The notes below the pieces were generated by a model. The model made no database searches. It was not told the DNA's origin and was given only the letters and a program-made list of their open reading frames with translations. 64,000 bases of DNA, taken from positions 13,627,458 to 13,691,457 of the forward strand of contig JAUZTB010000072.1 of assembly GCA_034780895.1 (NCBI GenBank), written 5' to 3'. The position numbers and the translations under genes were made by a program. How positions within the stretch are numbered: the stretch's first letter is position 1; each line of letters starts with the position of its first letter. Shown piece by piece: positions 1 to 13,700 of this stretch. Source of the DNA: Rhynchobatus australiae (lineage: Eukaryota).

Positions 1-3000
1 GCTGGCAGAAATGATGAAGGAGAATGAACAGATGTGTGTGGGGAATGGGGTTCCTGTTTAATGGAAACTGGCAGAGACAGAGCACGTTCTGTTGGGGTGC
101 CACGACCAGAACTGATGTGGTTAGTGTCTGACTGCATCTTACTTGGCATAGCAGCATGATGAGTGCCAATTCCCGGGCTCAATGTTGACTGTTGAGTTAC
201 TTTGACAGGTTCAATTTTGGGAACGACTGGTTCTCCACCTTTTTTGTTAGCAGTTATAATGTTTGGCAGAAGATTGTATACAATCTTCACTGCTGCTGGT
301 TGAGAAAGGATGGCAGATTCAGATTTCTCAAGGATCTGATGCTCCTGTTTAACACTTGAAATCACAGGTGGTGTATTATATGTCTGAGCGCCACCATGCC
401 CCGCAAGTATGCTTGAGGAATGAGTGCCAATCACATTGCTATAGCCTGTTGGAGTTTGTGACCCTTTTGTCACAGGTTGTGATTGTGAAACTGGCTCCTG
501 TTTGGCTTGTGACTTGGACACAGATTGCTGAAACTCTATGTCCACTGCACTAGCAGGTGGAATCTGGCTGATTGGAGCACTTATTCGTTGAGGACCTTCT
601 GTCTTCTGGCCTGAGTAGCTCAGTACCACAACTCCTTCAGATGTATTTACTCTCAGTCCTGGACTTGATCCCTGATTTAATGGGATATTATCCACTGGTC
701 TAGTCTCATCTGCAATGAATGCCATTGTTCCAAGTTTGTATCTGCTGTTTTCAGTCAAGTTTGGTCTATATTTCTGTTTTGTCAGAGACATATTTGGGAG
801 GCTGGGTGACTGAGATGGAGGGTTAGCAGGGCCTCGGTTGTTCATTGAAACTTTTGCCATTTCCTCTTGGTCTAAACTTGGTGGCATTCTGCTTATCACA
901 GAAGTAACTTTAGGTGAGATCAAAGAACCAACATGCTTTTCTTTCTCATTAAAGGCTGGCACCTCTGCCAATTGTTGCCCTGCATTACTGCTTGGCGGAA
1001 TTGCAGGCTTCTCATCCAAGACCAGTTTGTTGATTTCAGCTGAAGGAAAAGCTTCTTCTGTCCGAACCGAAGTCAATGGTTCATTTATAGCTGTAGTAAC
1101 AAATGTTGTAGGGACTCCTGTGGCTGATACATACTTTGGCTCCATGAGAATTTTACGCAATGTACTGGAGTTTGTGTCAAGATCTGAAGCTTTGGTATCT
1201 GGAGGAGGTGCAGCAGGGGGAGGTGTGGAACAAGAACGGGATGCTTCATGTCTTGACATCCAATCTGACACAGCCCCAGAACTAACATGTGTAGTTCCTA
1301 AAACAGGTGCTGGAGTTACTGAAATCTTTGCATTAGTAGTAGCTGGGAGTGCATTAATAGCCACTCTTGACATGCTTTGCTTAGGTTGAGCCTCAGGTGT
1401 ATGGTCATTGAGTTGTTTTAATTTAAAATATGGAGGACTTTTGTTATCTTCATTACATGAAGAATGCTGTGGATCCTGAGGTGAAATAGCTTCAGTTACT
1501 GACTCCTTATTTGGTACAGTAACTTTCATTTCATCNNNNNNNNNNNNNNNNNNNNNNNNNNNNNNNNNNATATCATTCTTGGGAACACCAAGTGGTTCCA
1601 CCACTACTCTTTTTGTAGATTTTTCTAAAATGGCTTCTGTTGTAACAGTGCTTTGCTTTATGTCAGTAGGAACAGGGACTGGCTCAGGTTCAGAGTTGTT
1701 GCCATCTGCTAGTTCTTTCCTGCCAGTGCTTCCTCGCCTATTACGCCTTGATGTTCTAGGTTTTGAACGCCCTCTGCGACTTGGAGTTCGCGGGACTTCA
1801 ACAGGTTCTGGTTTCGGAAGGTTCTCAGTTTTCTGGGAGATATTTTCAGACTGCTGGAGGCACACGTCAGCATCTTTTGCTTCAGCCAAACTAGTCAATA
1901 AAGCAGATCTAGAAACTGAACTGACTGAAACTGCTGACTGACTGTCCACCACTGAAGTTTTAGAAGCCAAACTGTCTGAAGACATAGCTGGGGAAACAAC
2001 ACTGACTATTCCAATGGGAGTTTCAGAAACTGCATTCTCAGCTGAGGTTGGAGCTTTGGAAATCACGCTCTCCACTGAGGCAGGAGCTTTAGATATTACA
2101 CTCTCCACAGAAACAGGAACTTTAGATATCACACTCTCCACTGCAACAGTGCTTCTAGATAACGCACTCTCCTCTGAGACAGGAACTTTAGAAATCATGG
2201 TATCTAATGAAGCTGAAGCTTTAGAAATTACGCTGTCTGCTGAGGTGGAATCTACTGCTGCAGTAGCTTCAGTCACAACACTATTTGTTGAGGTAGGAGC
2301 TTTAGAAATTATGCTATCTGTTGAAGAGGGAACTTCAGAAACCGTTCTTTCTACTGAGGAGGAAACTTCTGGAGTCATAGTCTCTGTTGATGCAGGAAAT
2401 TTAGAAATTAAATGGCCTGAGGGTGGGGCTTTCGAAATACTACGATCTGAAGATGGGATCTTTGATACCAAACGATTTGAAGGTGATGCTTTTGCCAACA
2501 ACCGGCCCGAGGCACCAACATCATTATTAGACTCCAGTATATTTACAATTGCCTGATCAGTTTCAGGCTGTAATGCATCTGGGGGTGTAGGGAGTACNNN
2601 NNNNNNNNNNNNNNNNNNNNNNNNNNNNNNNNNNNNNNNNNNNNNNNNNNNNNNNNNNNNNNNNNNNNNNNNNNNNNNNNNNNNNNNNNNNNNNNNNTCT
2701 GATCTTCAGAGATGCCTGCCACAGTTTGTTCAGCAGAATATCTTGGAGCAGATGCAAAGCTGTCAGGTTCTGCTGATTCATCTGCAATAATGGAGTCAAT
2801 AGCAGCTGCAAGCTCGGTTTCACTTGCCTGATGTGCAGGTTTTTCTACTTCATCCTCTGGTCTAACATCTGGTTCATTTGTAGTCTCTTTGTAAGGATGT
2901 ACGGTTGGGATTTCTGTTAATTTCGCAATATTCTCCACTGCTCTTTCAAGTTCTATCTGCTTAGCACGTTGTACAGCTTCCGGCGAACACTCAAGTTTTG

Positions 3001-6000
3001 GGGTTTCTTTTTCTGGTGATTTTGGTGGTTCTGAAAATGGATGACTTGTTTCTTCTTTAATTAGCTTGGGCGACTGATTGTCATTTTTCAGGGAGTCTTT
3101 CTTCAGTGTTACAGTCATCTCTGCATCACTTTTAACAACTTTTAATTCTTCAGTACTAAGTCTGATTTCCAAATTCCGTAGACACATTTTGTCTTCATTG
3201 GCTTTTGAATTCCTTCCTCTTCCACACTTTGACTTTGAGCCTTTCTCCAAAGCTTTTTTATCTACAATTTCACCAGGATTTTTATCTGAAGGACATTTCT
3301 CTAATGCAACATCATTTTTGTCTGTTTTTTGGTCAATTACCATCTCACTTTCCTCTAGTGGGGTTTTGATGATATTCTCATTTGAACTTTGCTCAGCTAA
3401 GGGCTCTGCAACATCATCTCTATGGTCAACACAGATCTCAGGGGTCCTTGATTCTGTTTTAATGCCTTTCTTTCCTATGTGGCTGCTAAAAGCAGCTGAA
3501 GCAGGTAAAGAATGTGCCGCTTTCTGGGATCTTGGTGATTTCCATCCTTCAACAGGCTTTGTGCTTTCAATGCTGTCTTTAGTTTCTGTTTCTTCAACTT
3601 CTTGTTTCACCTGGTCAGCTTTAAAGCAGGGGATCTCTTCCCCTGGTCGACGGCGGGATTTTGGAGGTCTACCCCGTCGAGGTGGCGTTTGTACATTTGC
3701 TGTTTCCTGAACTTCTTTATCACCTCTTTTCCTGGTTGATCGTGATGTATCAGCTGAGTCTTTTAATAGATTTGGGCCATCATCAATTGTTGCATAAACT
3801 GATCGCACATTTCTGCGTCTTGTTCTACCTAAAGGCAAACTTGGCTCCACAGTTTCAGACTCTGGGGCAGAACTTGGAGACTTTGCTGTGTTTTTTGAGA
3901 CTCTTTCTATCTCCAGTTTCTGCTCCTGAACCTTCTGAGTGTCAACACGGGGTGATGATGATCTCTTCAGCTTTTCGCGGTCTATCCTCTCACTTTTTCT
4001 TGTGACAGGTTTTTCTGGGATGGCTGCAGTGACTGCCTGAAGTGGAGCCTTTGTTCTTTTAGTTTGAGAAGACCTTTTCTCTTTTACACCTACAGAAGGC
4101 TCAGTATCTACTTCATTATCCGAAATCTGTGGTTGTACCTCCAGGTGTTCTTCTTGCTGGTTGACATCCAACTGGACAGTGGTAGAAAGATTTTTATCTC
4201 CTTTATGGTCTTCTGGTGTCACTTCTTTTTTGTTAGCTTTGGAGGAATCCGCACTGAGTTCCAGCACTTCGGTTTCTGGATTTGTGCAGTTTTCTTGTAT
4301 GTCAGCTCCCCCTGGAGTTGGTGGTTTAGTATTCAAGTAAGAGGGGTGTTCTCCAGCTGATATTTCCTCCTCAGTAGTCACAAGATCTGGAGTAACATTT
4401 GCATCTAATTGCTTGTTTACAATGGGTTCTACTTCACAAGGGCTCACACTAACAACAACAGGTTTTGGGGCATCAGCTGCAGAAGCAAATTCTGTACGAT
4501 TCTCTGCTGAGCCAGAAATTACATTTTCTACCACGGATGCTTCATTCAATACTTTATTCTGAACTGTATCTTGCTGTTCAATTGATGGTGGTGGTGGTAT
4601 AAGAGTCCTAAAGAGTGGCATAGTATTCTTTACCTCTAATTCAGGAACAGATTCGGGCGTTTTAGGCTGAACTTCTTTCTCAATTTCTCGTCGTTCAAGT
4701 TCCTTTGGTTTCTGATCCTTTTCCTTTTCTTTTTGTTGCATACGTGTCAATTCAACAAACCGACTGTGAAACAAGACTACTGGTTCTTGCATCAGTTCTA
4801 AGGTGTTATTAGAGCCATCTACAGATCCCTGCCTTCCAAATAATTTACCAGAAATTACATCCAAATCATCTTCTTTTCTTTCAAGGTGCTGTAGGCGTTT
4901 TGAATCCTGCTCAAAAATTGAGCTATGCAGGAAACGGGATGCAAATAGTTCCTGCCTCTCTTGCTCATCTTCCTTATGGTCTTCTTTCTTTTCATCCATT
5001 TTACCATCAGAATCTGTTCTAATTTTTTTCTTTTTCATGTACCAAGAGGGGATTGGCCTTGGTGCTGATTCCACCTTTTCCTTATCCTTATCTTTCCTAA
5101 AGTTGGCAAACCTAGAATCTCGATCCAGAAATGACCAATTTTCTTCTCGAGATGAAGACAGAGACTTTGCCCTTTCAAGTAAAGCCTTAGTGTCAGGGGT
5201 AATCGTCTTGTCAAGAGCAAAGGAGTAGAATTTATTTCTTTCTAGAGAACTTGATAGCTTTAAGTCTGTTATCCTATCCTCCCTATTTCGGAAAAACAAA
5301 GGTAATCTAGAACTTTCGAAAGACGTTGAAGCTTTTGGTGAATGAGATTTATGTTCATTATCCTCATCGGAATCACTCGGTACCTCACCTGGTTCTAGCT
5401 CACGTACAGAACGCTTGCGAATTCCATCTCGTTTTATAATGCTACTAGGAAAGCTAACATCAGATCTACTTGCATCTAGTTTCAAACGTGTTTCCCAACG
5501 AGGTGTTTCTTCCTCAGAGCTCTGAGATGTTATTTTCATTCTAGACAAGTCCAATATTTGTTCTCGTTTATTTGATTCATAAGCATTGCATTTTAAAGTT
5601 TCTTCTCTAACAGGAACTTGAATGGTGGAGTCTAATTTGGGAGAAACTTTAGATTCTTTTGGTAGTAACATCTGATGTGGAGAGTCAGAGTTATCATCCT
5701 CATCTTGATAAGAGAGAATATGTCGAAATCCAGGAGAAAGAACAGTTTTTTCAGAATCTTCACTTTGCTGACGAGAACTCCTGTAATTTCTCTCTCGTTT
5801 CATGCTAATTTCAAAATCAAATTGATCGGTTTTTCTCCGTTTAACTGGAGGAGAATCATCTGTGACATCCTGAGGTGGCTTCCCCACTTCATGGACCAAA
5901 CTTCTTCTCTCAAACTCGTCTGCATTCTCTTTTCTAGGACTGTTGAATTTTTCTGATTTTGCCATCTCCATTTCCTGTTGCTGCTTAAGCCTGCGGTTCT

Positions 6001-7766
6001 GCTCCATTTGTTTCCTATAACTCTGAGTGTAATCAATATCAATCCCAAGTTTCTCTTCTGCATCAGCGGTCTGCAATTTCTCATGGCTGGACTTGTGATC
6101 ATTTGTGTCTTCAGTGCCACTATATTTTCTCTTCCGTTCGTCTCTTTTAATTTCCCCTTCTGCAGACATCTCATCAAGGTGTGGAGGCAGTTGCTGAAGA
6201 GTTCCCTTGGTCAGAGGTTTCAGTGTGTTCACTTTCTTCAATCCAATTTCTTGAATATCCACCAATTCTTCAGATGGTTCACTTAATCTAGACTGTATAT
6301 CCATGCTGGTCCGCAAGCCAATCACTGCAGAAACAGTGGCAGACTCCTGCCCTTCTCTAGGGCTGAATGCTGGAACCAATTTTTCTTGCTTAATTTTTCT
6401 GTGCTCTCGTTTGAGTGATTCTTTCCGCACTGGTCGTCGGTCCAAATCTCCTTCTTTACCCACTTCTCTCCAGGGAGCCAACTCAGGTTGTTTTTTCAGT
6501 CCTAGACGCAGTTCCTCTTCCTCTTGACTGCTTCGTTTAACCTCTAACTTCTGCCTGTCTGTTCTTAAAGTTGGATCCGCAAAACGCCTCTTCCTAGCCT
6601 CCAGTTTGTCAATATCCATTGCATTTGGTGCATCAGTACACGGTTCAGGTTTGAGGTTCTTTTTATGCTTAATTTTCACTTCCTTATCCACAATTTCTAT
6701 TTGGCTGGCAAGCAGTTTCTCTTTTAACATTTTTGGCCTAGTAGGGTCCGATTTTGACAGCTCTGTTTTTGTCTGATCAATTCGTGTTAACTGTACTTTA
6801 CTTTGTTCCGTAGGAGGAGATTTGACAGCATCGTTCTCTAGCTTTCCTCTCGATTTCTCTAAAACTAAGGGTTCAATCACTTTTGTCTCTCTTTCCTTTA
6901 CACGAGTTAACACCACACATGGAATTAAATCCAAACGATTTTTTGAAGCCCCTTCTTTCTCTGTTTTTTCTTTCCCTTGTTTTATTTTACCCTTTTGTCC
7001 ATCAGGATTTAGATCCCTATCTATTTCCTGGTCTGTTTCAGAAGATGGGGAACTTGGAGTTGGTGGTTTCACCTTACGTAGTTTGAGCTTCTCAGTTTTC
7101 TCCTTCTTATCTGGTTTCTCCACTTCAGATTTTTCAATCTTTTTCACCCTTTCTAATTTGTCAACTTTCTCTTTCCTTTGGGTCCGTTTATCGACTCTTT
7201 CAGGTTCAAACTGCCGATCTTTCTCTTTTTCATTTTTATCATAACGATCTGGTCGGATTTTGTCAGGCTTGTCAACTTTATCATATCGAGGAGGTGAGAG
7301 TGAGCTGCAACTACCACTACGATCCGAGGATCGACTATATATTCTGCGTTCAGAGTCCATGCTGTCACTCTGATGCCTTTCTGACTGTGTTGGTGATGCA
7401 CTGCAACTCTGAGCTCTTCTTGAATGTGTTGGGCTTTGGCTTCGTTCGCAAGTTCGCCTTTCATGATCTCGTTCTCTATCAGATTCATAACGTTCTCTCT
7501 CTCTTTCCCTTTCTCGCTGTCTGTAACTGTACTCCCTTATGTCCTGTTCATAGGGATCTCTGTAGTCTCTATACTCCCGTGGATCTTCATAATATCGAGG
7601 ATCATAATAATCACCCTGGTAGGGATCCCATTCAGCATAAAAATCTCTACTTCGTGCACGATAGTCTCTACGAGGATCTTCAGGGAATACAGCAGCGGGA
7701 CCCCTAACTGCATCAAAGTATGCTCGATCTGTAGGATATTCATGATATGATCCTCTCCGATCCTCC
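1..7766 (-). CDS. SPEN: SPEN giant exon 11 (runs off window start)
   Basis: Acceptor ttaacag|GGAGGAT at 7766. The ORF carries SPEN blocks SLERNKFYSFALDKTITPDTKALLERAK, ELFASRFLHSSIFEQDSKRLQHLERK, AHQASETELAAAIDSII and, after the 100-N gap in another frame, GLRVNTSEGVVVLSYSGQKTEGPQRISAPISQIPPA. The frame is preserved across the 34-N gap and is still open at position 1. Confidence 0.95.
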
Positions 7767-10700
7767 CTGTTAATTAAAGAAATGTACATCAGTTCAAATG
7801 TCCATTTTTTAAAACAAATCAATGGCAGTATAAAATGAATTTTCCATATGTAAGTAGGCTGACACCAAAATTAAATGCTCCAGATTTGAACCTTGTTTCA
7901 TTAGCTACACTCAAATGGAGGACTGCAGGCAATTTTTTTTCCATAGGCTACTGTTGACAGATATACTCAGTGATGGCCCAGCATGAAGATTTATGCTATT
8001 GAAGTTTTCTACTTCAACCCCTTTAAATCTGTTTCGTTTTGCCAGTTCTTATCAGTGCACGTGGCTGCCTGGAAAGTCTACCTTCTTGTACACAATAGGT
8101 TTGATCCTGTCCTCTGATGCTGACTTTGTGCAGTTTGCATGTTCTCTCTGTGGGCATGTAGGATTTCCCCCAGGTGCTCTGGTTTTCTCCCACCTCCCAA
8201 AAATGTGCTGGTAGGTTAACTGGCTAGTCTAAATTGTCCTTTCTACAGATGGGTGGCAGGGAAATCAGGGAAGAATTAATGGGCATATGAGAAAGAACAG
8301 GTTACAGGGAAACGGGACTGATGCAATTACTCTGAGAGGCAGCATTAACTCTGTGGGTCAAATGGCCTTCTTCCGTGTCATATGGAAAAGAAATAAAATG
8401 AAAGGGCAGTATTTCAATGTAGTGAAAGCCATTCCTGAAACAGGATAGCCCAGATTGGCTTGCTCTGAAAACACTACCATAGTGTGGGGAAAAGGTGAGG
8501 ATTTTTTCTCATTCAACCACTGTAGCACAGGGAGCAAAAAAAACCTCTTAAATTGGGGAAAAGTGAAGTGGTTCATTGGTGAAGTTCCAAGACTGCATAT
8601 GACATAAAAGATAGAAAGGTTTCCCAAAAAACAATAAAAACAGTGCACTTCCTACACAACTGTTTCCGTAACCCCTGGAGAACTAAAATTCAACCAAGGA
8701 AATCATCAAATGCTCCACAGAAAATACACTTATATATGGAGTTGCAATATTTGCTGACTAGTAAAACACCTAGAATTGATGAATCAACAAATCACGGAGT
8801 CACATAGCATTGAAACAAGCCCTTCAGCCCACTGAGTCCTATACGAATCTTATTTAATTCTCCCCATGCTGCTGTCAACTCCCTGAAAATAGTACCACTT
8901 ACTTATGTACCTGGGCAATTTACAGTGACCAATTAACTTACATATCTGCACATCTTTGGGATGTGGATGGAAGCGGGGGAAACCCATGCTTTCATTGGGG
9001 CACGTGCAAGCTAAACACAACTGTACCTGAGGTCAGGATTGAACTCAAATTGCTGGAGCTGTGAGGCAATGGTTCTGTTCGACTTGCTGTGCTACTGCAC
9101 TAATCTTATTTTGGAAGTATGTTACTATTTATTGATTTAATGCTTGTAATCGCTAAATAATTTATTTTTTGCTGTTGTAGGTTAAGAGTTAAGTCCCAAC
9201 ACTTTCTTTAAGTTTCTGCCCTGACAATAGAAGACTCTCAAATGGATGAGAATTTTCAGGAAGTCACTGAAGTGATTGTTTAAAACTCGTTGTCTTCTTT
9301 TTACAATGTGCATTTTAGTTATTGATNNNNNNNNNNNNNNNNNNNNNNNNNNNNNNNNNNNNNNNNNNNNNNNNNNNNNNNNNNNNNNNNNNNNNNNNNN
9401 NNNNNNNNNNNNNNNNNNNNNNNNNNNNNNNNNNNNNNNNNNNNNNNNNNNNNNNNNNNNNNNNNNNNNNNNNNNNNNNNNNNNNNNNNNNNNNNNNNNN
9501 CAGCCTTTGAATTATGATGGATATAGGAAAAACATAATCTAATTGCCAAAACAAAGCTTCCTACAGAGTACTGCATTATACCAAGAATGCTTTTGAGCAG
9601 TATCCAAAACGTTACTGGTGTGCATGGGTCCATTAGAGACACACATCAAAAATATTACACAGAGGTTCTAGATTTTAAAGTTGTTAGATGAAAATAGTAC
9701 ATATTATGAATAAACAATCTCCAGATTGAATATTCCTGTCATGACTGTTCACGTCTGATTGTCAAAGTTAATCGAAAATCCTAAGCTGATCAGTGTAATA
9801 AACCAAAAGACTTTCACACTATAGTTTTCATCACTTCAAAAGTCCTAACGAACTTTTAAAAAGAGATTCACTTGCCTTCTCTCAGCAAAGATTTCATAGA
9901 GATCTCTAATGTCTTGCCCAGAGACTTCCATTGAACGATAAAATGCCAACTGACTTTCACGATTTGCAAAATCCACCTATATGGAAGAAATCTCACTGTT
10001 AGGCATTAGAAGCTGAGACAATAGCTACTATATAAAAAATACAGAAATAGCTGAATATTCAACTGCAAAGTTGAACTGGCAGCAAATAGTATAGTTTTAC
10101 ATGCTTCTGGTTCTTGCAAGCATTAAACTGTTTCTCCAATTTGCTTGTCAACCACAATACTACTTTAAACTGCAGAATGCCAATAGAGTGCGCTTTTCAA
10201 TGTTGTAAAATACCATTTTTAACTTTCTGGGTTTTTTTTTCAGATTTAAACCAAATAATCCCCTTCAAAGTTGCTATTATTTCATGCTCTGGTTTTGTAT
10301 ATAAAACATTAGCACCTCATGCAATTCCACAGAACTGAGGAAGGCTTGGATGGTTTGTGTGTGTGAAAGTGAGAGAAGACAGGGAACATAGCTATAAACA
10401 TCTACCTGTGCTGAAAGACAGAGAGAAAGAGAGGAAATTATAAGAATGAAGAGAACGTGCACTGTTAGAATCCCCATGAACTCTCTTATACTAACCTTTA
10501 TTCTATTTCCTCCAATCTTCCTGCCCTTGGTCTCCTGCACCGCTGTCTGTGCGCATTCAATTTCATCGTACAACACCAGAGCCATTCCTTTCTGACGATC
10601 CAACACAATCTGTCCCAGGAGGTAAAGAAAGAAGTCAGCTAGTTCCCTGAACAGGAATGGCATGTAACTGATATATGGCAGAATCTCTCTAGAGTTCGTG

Positions 10701-13700
10701 TATTATGAGAAGGGCCAAGTTAGAATTGATGTTTGATATAATTTTCCTGTAAGAGAGCCATATGTAGAGTGGGCTAACAGAGCTCATATCAATAAAGATT
10801 ATTGTGAAGGATGTTTTATGTAGCTTATTCGTGAGCAAGGAACCTGTAATAAAATGTTATTAGAGAAGCTGTGTATCAGAAAATGATATAGTGAATGACA
10901 AATTAAAGGAAGAGTTGAAGGTACAGAGAATGCTATATTGAAGAGGTAATGCATCATCTTACTACTTTTACATCATTTTATACCCAGAAGAAATTGGCTG
11001 AAATGATAATTATAATTTTCAAATAAGATTTGAACATACCATCTCTTTGATTCAATATCCTCTTAATAAAATAAATGTGAACCATCAGACTATTGTTGCT
11101 CCAAAAACCAGTTCCAAAATTTAAGATGTGGAAAATCAAGACCACGTCCTCCAACATCACCCAGCACAGATTGTAACACCATGGCGCTCTGCTATTGTTC
11201 AGCCATTACTATTGTTCAGCTTCACATACCCCAATTCAAACAATGCAATGGTTCAATGTTGAGCAGTTCCCTGGTGCAAACATTCACATTTCTAATAAGA
11301 TCTGGATTACTTTTCAGTGCTAAAATATTAAATTGTTCTAAATGGACATACGGTCAATCAGCATCTGAAAGAGAAAAGTCAGTTCAATGGTTCAGGTGAA
11401 ATCTTCATTAGAAAGGAGATCTGACAAAGGACTTCCACCCAAAACATTGAAATATTTAATTTCCAATCTTTTTCATTTCAGATTCATTGTTTGCAAGCTG
11501 ATTATTTGAACATAGTGAAAAATAAGGAGAAGAAAATTATAACATAGGCCATTTTGACATTGATATTACAGGGACGGACATTAATCCTTTTAAGTATTTT
11601 ATTATTTAAACTGGCCAAAGAAGCAAATATAATCTTATTATGGAACTAAATAGTTTAAAAAAGATTACACTTAAATGCGCTGATGAAAATGCATCTTTTC
11701 ACAATATTTTACGGTACAATATAAAATTGAAAACTGCTTAGCTCAGTATGCTCATGCTATGCACTGAATATTATTTGCTCATATCAGAACATGAAATGTA
11801 TAGAAGGAATATTTTGAAGGGGAAAAATAAAATTCAACAATTGGAAAAAAATTCTTTTTGCTGCCAGTTGTTAATAATTTGTTATATGTAAATGAGCACT
11901 GCAACAAGGCACTTACTTTGAGCACAGGCCCATAACGACAGAAATGTCTGGACAAGTATTGTTCAGTAATATTTGAAGATAGACCATCGAGCCATACACA
12001 ATTAGTTGGCATACTCTTTCCAAATCCCAGCTGAGGAGAATAAGAAATAGAGAAAAAAAGTATTTTAATTGTAACAAAACTCAACAGCCCGAATTCAATA
12101 AGACTAAGCTATATTGTAGATTTTCATTTTTGCTAACATTTAACTGGCTCATGGCCAAAATTCACAACCACTATTTACCAATTACTTAGACTACACTATA
12201 TGAAGATCTTCACTGGAGATAATCGTTATAGAAACACGGTGCAAATCTGTACATGAGTTATATTGTTCTGTGAACATCTTATTCATCTCACTTTCTTTCA
12301 CACATAATTGAATCAATCATTAGTTAGTAGCTGAAAAATGGATTCAGCCATTCAATTTCCTTATAGAACTGGCCTTTTGGGAAATACTCAAGCATGTTGG
12401 GATGGCATTCTAAATTTCCCTCACTCCGTTTGGGAATCTGCTATTCCTTTCCATTACAGAAACAGTACTGGCACTATTTTCTGTAACTCCAGGATATAAT
12501 GTTCTGGAGTATTTACTCACTGTTTAAAATGCTCTGAAAAGCACACAAATATCTAATTTTTGCATTTGTACAGAAAACCTACGGTCTGATAGGATAAATA
12601 GCTAATTAATAAAGTACAGTACAAATAGTGGTGGAGGGGAGATGGTCATTCAAATTGTAGTACATAATCAATTCTACCATGAAGTAAGTTTCGCTCTCTT
12701 TGGTCTATGCCTGCTGTATTCACTTGAAATAACTGAATTGCAGCAGAACATTCTTAAGTGAATGTTTTATTCAGCATCTATATTGGCATAATTATAGTCA
12801 ACAAAGTCACATTCATTCCATGTGATGATTAGATATTCTTACAAATATTCTGGCACTAACTAGATATTTGATACATTCTTACAAATTGCCCAGTTAAAGC
12901 CTTGCAAAATGAAAATTGATAAGCTTTGCTTTCAATTCCAATTACAAAATGCAAAAAAAATGGCATTGTACCATATTGTGGGACATAGTTACTATGTTCT
13001 TGATTCCCTATATGGTGAGCTCCTGATCTTAACTGAACCAAGTCAAGAAAAAAAAAGCAATTTTCCAAATGGAAGTGAGAGAAATCTAAGGATAAATTGA
13101 TTGGGGTAATATTTTGAATCAGATGCTTCAACCAGAGGTCTGAAGTTCATCGGCAAATTTACTTCATTAAGGTTGGCACATCTATTGCTGTGTGACATAT
13201 GGGAGAAGAATAGGGCGCAAGGAAGGGGAAAGTAGAACAAATCTGTCTTCCAGCCTAGCCCTATGGATTCTTAATCAGAAAGTGCCAGGCTTCCCCGTAG
13301 CTCAGTTCCATTTTGCTTCTCTCAACTCCATCTGAGAGAGTAACAGTAATGTTTCCTTTCACATACTGTTCAATCACAGCTCAGACAGGTTGACGAAAGG
13401 TAACACTAATTACATCCACAGACACATCTGCAGGTTGGACACTCTAGCTAATATGCTAGGGAGAACAATGTAAAACTTGGAGGAAGGAAAGAGAAAAGTA
13501 ACTCAAGAAAACAGTGGGGAATATTACAAAAGTAAAGTTACAACAAAAAACAGTATACAAGAAATTGTTCAACAGAAAATTCTTACTAATATTTCACTGT
13601 GAATTCCTGATAAGTGAATATTCCTGATAAGCAAATGACTGTATTTCTCCTTCCTGACCTTGAGCCGATTATTTCCTAAGTACTCTCCGTCCATTTTCTT

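Noticed and set aside
356-7750. Many plus-strand ORFs of 65-210 aa, including the repetitive 2014-2556 ORF
   Set aside because: Antisense shadows of the SPEN exon 11 coding sequence and its repeat; no independent protein signature.
7767-7822. N-terminus MICFKKWTF... of the 1759-aa ORF
   Set aside because: Intronic. The real exon starts at the AG acceptor at 7766, in phase with exon 10.
13599-13632. Short duplication of (gaat)attcctgataag just downstream of exon 7
   Set aside because: Two-copy slippage duplication; no evidence of function.
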